DNA of 64,000 nt from contig CP166615.1 of the NCBI GenBank assembly GCA_041937175.2, forward strand, positions 4,064,001 through 4,128,000, in the 5' to 3' direction. Shown here piece by piece: positions 58,827 to 64,000 of this stretch. Below the pieces are notes generated by a model. That model had not been told where the DNA came from and searched no databases. It worked only from the letters and a program-made list of their open reading frames with translations. Source of the DNA: Limnothrix sp. BL-A-16. Lineage in GTDB: Bacteria > Cyanobacteriota > Cyanobacteriia > CACIAM-69d. The translations under genes were made by a program, and so were the position numbers. Position 1 is the first letter of the stretch; every line of letters begins with the position of its first letter.

Positions 58827-59345
58827 ATGACAATTAATACCGCCCGTCTATCCATTTTTGTGGATGGCAACAATATGTTTTATGCCCAGCAAAAGAATGG
58901 CTGGTTTTTCGATCCTCGGCGGGTTCTTGAATATTTCACCGAACCAGCTAATGTTCAATTGATTAATGCCTTTTGGTATACGGGGCTGAAGGATCCTCAG
59001 GATCAACGAGGATTTCGGGATGCATTGATTAATCTGGGCTACACGGTTCGCACCAAACTGCTGAAGGAATATTACGACGATAAATCCGAGCGCTATTCCC
59101 AAAAGGCGAACCTGGACATTGAAATCGTGATTGATATGTTTAACACGGTTGATCAATATGATGCGGTGGTGTTGTTCAGTGGCGATGGGGACTTTGAGCG
59201 GGCGATCGAGCTGTTGCGCTCCAAAAACACCCACATCACCGTGGTTTCCACCGAAGGCATGATTGCCCGCGAGCTGCGCAATGCGACCGATCGCTACATT
59301 GACCTCAACGACATCCGCCGCAAAATCGAAAAGTCAGATTATTAG
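58827..59345 (+). CDS. NYN domain protein (LabA/DUF88 family)
   Basis: IFVDGNNMFY, KANLDIEIVIDM, FSGDGDFERA, ARELRNATDRYIDL. Confidence 0.92.
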   Translation: MTINTARLSIFVDGNNMFYAQQKNGWFFDPRRVLEYFTEPANVQLINAFWYTGLKDPQDQRGFRDALINLGYTVRTKLLKEYYDDKSERYSQKANLDIEIVIDMFNTVDQYDAVVLFSGDGDFERAIELLRSKNTHITVVSTEGMIARELRNATDRYIDLNDIRRKIEKSDY

Positions 59346-59407
59346 AGGATTGACGGTCAGCCAGGGATCGCAATTCATGGATCAATCGATCAATTGCGCC
59401 AACTGCT

Positions 59408-59505
59408 CCAGACAAGGGGCTTAAGCCCCTTGTCCCCCGCGATCCGCTAACGGCAAATCTAGGGTTTCGGGCGATTTGATGACACCCCCTGATCCCCTTG
59501 TCCCC
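59408..59505 (+). mobile_element. Truncated copy H: palindrome plus right half of the inner element
   Basis: Perfect GACAAGGGGCTTAAGCCCCTTGTC (59411..59434), inner right arm ending TGATGACACCCCC (59489), then half-palindrome TCCCCTTGTC. Confidence 0.75.
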
Positions 59506-59701
59506 TGAATTTGGGCTGTGAGGTGGCATCAGGGCCGAATGGTGAATCATCCCGATCGCCCCTTGCGCGATCGGCAGCCAAAATCGTTAGAATAAACCCC
59601 ATGGGCGCAACCTAAATTTAGCGTTGCGCTTTTGCATTTTTGGTTGTCCCCTATGAAAAGTTGTCCGCATTGGTCGCGGCCGATTCCTCGGAGGTAATTT
59701 C

Positions 59702-61333
59702 ATGACCGCTCAGTCTGCTGGCCCGGTAATCAATCCCGATCGCGTTTTGATTTTTGACACCACCCTGCGCGATGGCGAACAGTCGCCCGGCGCATCGCTG
59801 AACGTCGAAGAAAAGCTAACGATCGCCCGCCAGCTAGCTCGACTGCAAGTGGACATCATCGAAGCCGGCTTTCCCTTCTCCAGTCCCGGGGACTTCGATG
59901 CCGTCCAGCGGATTGCCGCCGAAGTGGGAACCCCCAACGGCCCGACCATTTGCGGCTTGGCCCGTGCCCGCAAGGAAGACATTCAAACGGCGGCCGCAGC
60001 CCTGAAGGAAGCGGCGAAGTGGCGGATCCACACCTTCATCGCCACCTCCGACATCCACATGAAGTACAAGCTCAAAAAAGAGCGGCCGGAAGTGGTGGCG
60101 ATCGCCGAAGAAATGGTGGCCTACGCCAAGAGCTTCACCAATGATGTGGAGTTTTCGCCGGAGGATGCGGGTCGCAGCGATCCGGAATTCCTCTATGAAG
60201 TGCTGGAACGGGCGATCGCCGCTGGAGCCACCACGGTGAACATCCCCGACACCGTGGGCTACACCACACCCGATGAATTCGGTGCGCTGATTCGCGGTAT
60301 CAAGGAAAATGTGCCGAACATCGATCAGGCGGTGATTTCCGTCCATGGCCACAACGACTTGGGCTTGGCGGTGGCCAACTTCCTGGCGGCGGTGCAAAAC
60401 GGCGCGCGTCAGTTGGAATGCACCCTGAACGGCATTGGCGAACGAGCCGGGAATGCGTCCCTAGAAGAACTGGTGATGGCGCTGCATGTGCGGCGATCGT
60501 TCTATAACCCGTTCTTTGGCCGTGCGCCAGAATCGGAAGAACCCTTGACCGGTGTGAACCTGAAGGAGATCTACCGCACCTCGCGGATGGTCTCGCAACT
60601 GACGGGGATGATCGTGCAACCGAACAAGGCGATCGTCGGGGCCAATGCCTTCTCGCACCAATCGGGCATCCACCAGGACGGGATGCTCAAGAACAAGCTG
60701 ACCTACGAAATCATCGATGCCCAAACGATCGGGCGGACGGAAAACCAAATCGTCCTCGGCAAGCTGTCGGGCCGCAACGCCTTCGCCACGCGCCTGAAGG
60801 AGTTGGGTTTTGATCTGACCGAAACGGAATTGAACAAGGCCTTCGTGCGGTTCAAGGACGTGGCGGACAAGAAAAAGGAAGTGAGCGATCGGGATTTGGA
60901 AGCGATCGTCAACGACGAAATTCGCCAAGTGCCGGAACTCTACCGCCTGGAGCATGTTCAGGTGTCCTGCGGTGACAAGTCCTGCCCCACGGCCACGGTC
61001 ACGGTGCGGATGCCCGATGGGAGCGATCGCACCGATGCGGCCACCGGCACGGGCCCCGTGGATGCGGTTTACCGTGCCATCAGCCGGATCGCCCAAATCG
61101 ACAACGACTTGATCGAGTTCTCCGTCCAATCCGTCACCGAAGGGATCGACGCGATGGGCGAAGTCACGATCCGGATTCGTCACGCCGACACGGTGTTTTC
61201 GGGCCACTCGGCCAACACTGATATCGTGGTGGCTTCTGCCCAAGCCTATGTCAGTGCCCTCAACCGGTTGGCGGCGGCCCTGCAAACGGAAGGGAAGCGC
61301 AACCCCCAAACGGAAACGGTCTCGATCGGGTAA
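59702..61333 (+). CDS. leuA: 2-isopropylmalate synthase
   Basis: [41 protein letters not shown]-terminal regulatory GTGPVDA. Confidence 0.97.
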   Translation: MTAQSAGPVINPDRVLIFDTTLRDGEQSPGASLNVEEKLTIARQLARLQVDIIEAGFPFSSPGDFDAVQRIAAEVGTPNGPTICGLARARKEDIQTAAAALKEAAKWRIHTFIATSDIHMKYKLKKERPEVVAIAEEMVAYAKSFTNDVEFSPEDAGRSDPEFLYEVLERAIAAGATTVNIPDTVGYTTPDEFGALIRGIKENVPNIDQAVISVHGHNDLGLAVANFLAAVQNGARQLECTLNGIGERAGNASLEELVMALHVRRSFYNPFFGRAPESEEPLTGVNLKEIYRTSRMVSQLTGMIVQPNKAIVGANAFSHQSGIHQDGMLKNKLTYEIIDAQTIGRTENQIVLGKLSGRNAFATRLKELGFDLTETELNKAFVRFKDVADKKKEVSDRDLEAIVNDEIRQVPELYRLEHVQVSCGDKSCPTATVTVRMPDGSDRTDAATGTGPVDAVYRAISRIAQIDNDLIEFSVQSVTEGIDAMGEVTIRIRHADTVFSGHSANTDIVVASAQAYVSALNRLAAALQTEGKRNPQTETVSIG

Positions 61334-61611
61334 ATTTCGCCCCATGAGTCCCTAATTTCCTAAATGGGGGCGATCTTGGGGCGATCGCTTGGGGGGCAGG
61401 TTCAGCGCCTGACCCCCGATCAAACCAAAAGAAAAAACGAGGATACCGCTAGGGTTCCCTCGTGTTGCCGCAAATTTAGTGAAGTCTATCGGATCCCGAT
61501 CGCCCCGATTGATGCGCTAGGGCGATCGCCCGACTTTCTCCAAAGACTGAAAAAACTGAAAAACTGGGAAGCTGCTAACGGGGATTCCGAGGCATCAACC
61601 GCAACCTTGGT

Positions 61612-61887
61612 TCAACCGCCCGCGACGGCCGGCACGATGCTCACCTCATCGCCGTCGGCCAGGCTGGTGGCTTGGCCATCCAGGAAGCGGATGTCTTCGC
61701 TGTTCACGTAGACATTCAGGAAGCGGCGAAGTTTGCCTTCATCGTCGCAAATACGCGCCTTGATGCCGGGGCAGCTCACTTCCAGGGAATCGATCATTGC
61801 GTCGATCGTGTCGCCGCTGCATTCGATTTCGGCCCGATCCTCGGTGAATTTTTGCAGCGGGGTGGGAATCAAAACTTTAATGGCCAT
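61612..61887 (-). CDS. MoaD/ThiS-family ubiquitin-like sulfur carrier protein
   Basis: [18 protein letters not shown]-terminal VPAVAGG di-glycine. Confidence 0.93.
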   Translation of the reverse strand: MAIKVLIPTPLQKFTEDRAEIECSGDTIDAMIDSLEVSCPGIKARICDDEGKLRRFLNVYVNSEDIRFLDGQATSLADGDEVSIVPAVAGG

Positions 61888-62198
61888 GGTCGTGCAGATT
61901 CAGAAACTCAGAACAACGCAAAACAAGACAAGCGATCAAATCAGCAATCAAATCAGCAATCGAATCGTGATTGCGAATCAGGATTGAAAACAATCCAAGC
62001 AAACCCACAAACAGCAGGTATGAACAGCCCGGGATTGGCCCTAACCTCAATCCAGTGGGGTGAGGGCCGCCGCCACTCAGGCCGGCCCGCTCAGGGAGCA
62101 CGCTCCCCATGCGCAAGGGCCATGGGCGCGTGATCACCTCCCGCGCGGTGAGGGTGATTCACGGTTTGGGTTGTGAATCACCCGGTCTTGGGAAATCC

Positions 62199-63551
62199 CT
62201 AGACCAAAACCTGTTGCCACTCCAGGCGATCGAGCGTGCGGGCCCGATCCCAAGCGCGCTCAAAGCTATCCAACTTCGGATCAATCTCCAACGGTTGACC
62301 CGCGTGGCTTTGAACCGCTTCTTGGGTTTTCAGGCCGTTGCCGGTGATGTAAACCACCGTGGTTTCGTCGGGGTTAATCTTGCCCGCTTCCACCAATTTC
62401 TTCAAGACGGCGATCGTCGTACCGCCAGCGGTTTCCGTGAAGATGCCTTCGGTTTCCGCCAGCAGCTTGATGCCTTCCACGATTTCTTCGTCGGTGGCGG
62501 TGTCGATGTGGCCGCCGGTTTTGCGGGCTTGCTCCACCGCATAGATCCCATCAGCGGGGTTCCCGATCGCGATCGACTTGGCGATCGTGTTGGGCTTCAC
62601 GGGGGCAATAAAGTCCCGCTCTTCCTTGAAGGCCGTGGCGATCGGGTTGCAACCCTCCGCCTGGGCCCCGCTACACTTCACGGGCTTCGATTCCACCAGG
62701 CCCGTGGCGATCAGCTCCTGGAAGCCCTTGTGGATTTTCGTGAACAGGGAGCCAGAAGCCAAGGGAGCCACAATGTGATCCGGCAGTTGCCAGCCCAACT
62801 GTTCCGCCACCTCAAAGCCCAAGGTCTTGGAGCCTTCGGAGTAGTAAGGACGCAAGTTGATGTTCACGAAGCCCCAGCCGTAGCTGTTGGCCACTTCCGA
62901 GCAAAGGCGGTTCACTTGGTCATAGTTACCGCGCACCGCCATCACGGTGGGGTTATAGATCAACGTGCCCAACACCTTGCCCGATTCCAGGTCAGCGGGA
63001 ATGAACACGCAGCATTCCAAACCCGCGTGGGCCGCGATCGCCGCCGTGGAGTTAGCCAAGTTGCCGGTGCTGGCGCAGGAAACCGTGGTGAAGCCCAGCT
63101 CGCGAGCACGGGTCAGGGCCACGGACACCACCCGATCCTTGAAGCTCAAGGTGGGCATGTTCACCGCGTCGTTCTTGATATAGAGGTTCTTGAGACCCAA
63201 ACGACGAGCCAGGCGGTTAGCCTTCAGGAGGGGAGTCATGCCTGTGCCCACGTCGATCGGGTCGCTGCCGACGGGCAGAAAATCTTTGTAGCGCCAGATG
63301 GAGTTCGGGCCGGCCGCGATCTTTTCGCGCGATACGTTACGGGCGATCGCCTCGTAGTCATACTTCACTTCCAGCGGGCCAAAGCACAACTCGCACACGT
63401 GCATGGCGGTGGCTTCGTATTCAGCACCACATTCTTTGCACTTCAGGTGCGTAAAGTGGCCGCTGTGGCTATGGTGGCCATCGGCTGGGTGGGCGTGCTG
63501 GTGATCGGGCGATTCGGTGGCGGTGCGGCGGGTGTCGAGAACTCCAGTCAT
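62199..63551 (-). CDS. thrC: Threonine synthase-like PLP enzyme with N-terminal zinc ribbon (MoaD-linked clade)
   Basis: CKEC...CELC, PTLSFKDR (PLP lysine), CASTGNLA, EGSKT, ITGNGLKT; the actual reaction may differ (see findings). Confidence 0.8.
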   Translation of the reverse strand: MTGVLDTRRTATESPDHQHAHPADGHHSHSGHFTHLKCKECGAEYEATAMHVCELCFGPLEVKYDYEAIARNVSREKIAAGPNSIWRYKDFLPVGSDPIDVGTGMTPLLKANRLARRLGLKNLYIKNDAVNMPTLSFKDRVVSVALTRARELGFTTVSCASTGNLANSTAAIAAHAGLECCVFIPADLESGKVLGTLIYNPTVMAVRGNYDQVNRLCSEVANSYGWGFVNINLRPYYSEGSKTLGFEVAEQLGWQLPDHIVAPLASGSLFTKIHKGFQELIATGLVESKPVKCSGAQAEGCNPIATAFKEERDFIAPVKPNTIAKSIAIGNPADGIYAVEQARKTGGHIDTATDEEIVEGIKLLAETEGIFTETAGGTTIAVLKKLVEAGKINPDETTVVYITGNGLKTQEAVQSHAGQPLEIDPKLDSFERAWDRARTLDRLEWQQVLV

Positions 63552-63644
63552 GGGGCGGTTTCGCTCCTGTTTTGCGGCAACGGGATTAGGGAGTATCCCA
63601 TCGAATGCAGAAAGCGTATCACGGGTTACAAGGGGGGTGCAAAC

Positions 63645-63669
63645 AATCCCGATTAAAAAAGTCGGGATT
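63645..63669. promoter_or_regulatory. 25-bp palindromic operator candidate upstream of the thrC-like gene
   Basis: AATCCCGATTAAAAAAGTCGGGATT, about 95 bp upstream of the ATG. Confidence 0.55.
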
Positions 63670-64000
63670 TGTTTTACACCGGTTTCAACGCCCAAAACCC
63701 GGATCTGTAAAGGGATATGTCGATCGCCCGCCATCGGTTAAGCTATCGATCGCACCTTGCTACAAAATTTTTATTTTTCTTAAGAAACTGTGATGGTCAT
63801 CGGGCGGCGAGGGCATGGGTGGCAACGGTGGGTGATGGTGACAGGCTGTGCCATGGCGATAACCCTTTTGGGGGATGGTTTTGCCACGGGGTTTCCCATG
63901 GGCGTTGTTGCCGGAAACCACCCACCTGACCCATCGGCCGCCCTTGCCCTTACGTCACCCCTTTTGCCCATCGGTCAATTTGAAGCGACCCCTTGCCCAT

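Larger units (their letters stand above)
1..64000. repeat. HIP1 octamer GCGATCGC and near-variants dispersed throughout
   Basis: Very frequent GCGATCGC/CGATCG in coding and non-coding DNA (e.g. near 973, 1457, 2388); hallmark of many cyanobacteria. Confidence 0.95.

Noticed and set aside
62109..63656. 515-aa plus-strand ORF
   Set aside because: Antisense shadow of the thrC-like gene; no recognisable motifs; expected from GC-rich codon bias.

Overview
Ordinary chromosomal segment of a HIP1 (GCGATCGC)-rich cyanobacterium. Marker genes include psbH, psbN, thf1, cpcE and an hli gene; the repeat style is reminiscent of Limnothrix-like filaments, but this is unverified. The window holds about 50 CDS and two tRNAs (His-GTG, Ser-GCT). 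Housekeeping genes: cobS 3' end, tatA, pth, sbcD, fabD, adhE, cysE, galE, leuA. Modules: an ArsR-controlled persulfide dioxygenase/rhodanese/TauE cluster, CRY-DASH, an MmeI-like restriction-modification fusion with neighbours, two candidate toxin-antitoxin pairs, three sensor kinases, an OvoA-like sulfoxide synthase plus EgtD, an Mrp-type antiporter cluster, and a ThrC-like PLP enzyme paired with a MoaD-type sulfur carrier. The most striking non-genic structure is a nested family of miniature elements. A ~130-bp outer MITE (TIR GAGGATGTCTGAAAAG, TAA duplication) carries the palindrome AAGGGGCTTAAGCCCCTT. A 142-bp inner MITE has inserted into the centre of that palindrome with a TA duplication, in both orientations, and itself carries a new copy of the palindrome. 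One copy of the palindrome is translated in frame inside the RM gene. No CRISPR array, rRNA, transposase, integrase or prophage gene was seen. All product calls come from motif recognition by eye; no database searches were run.
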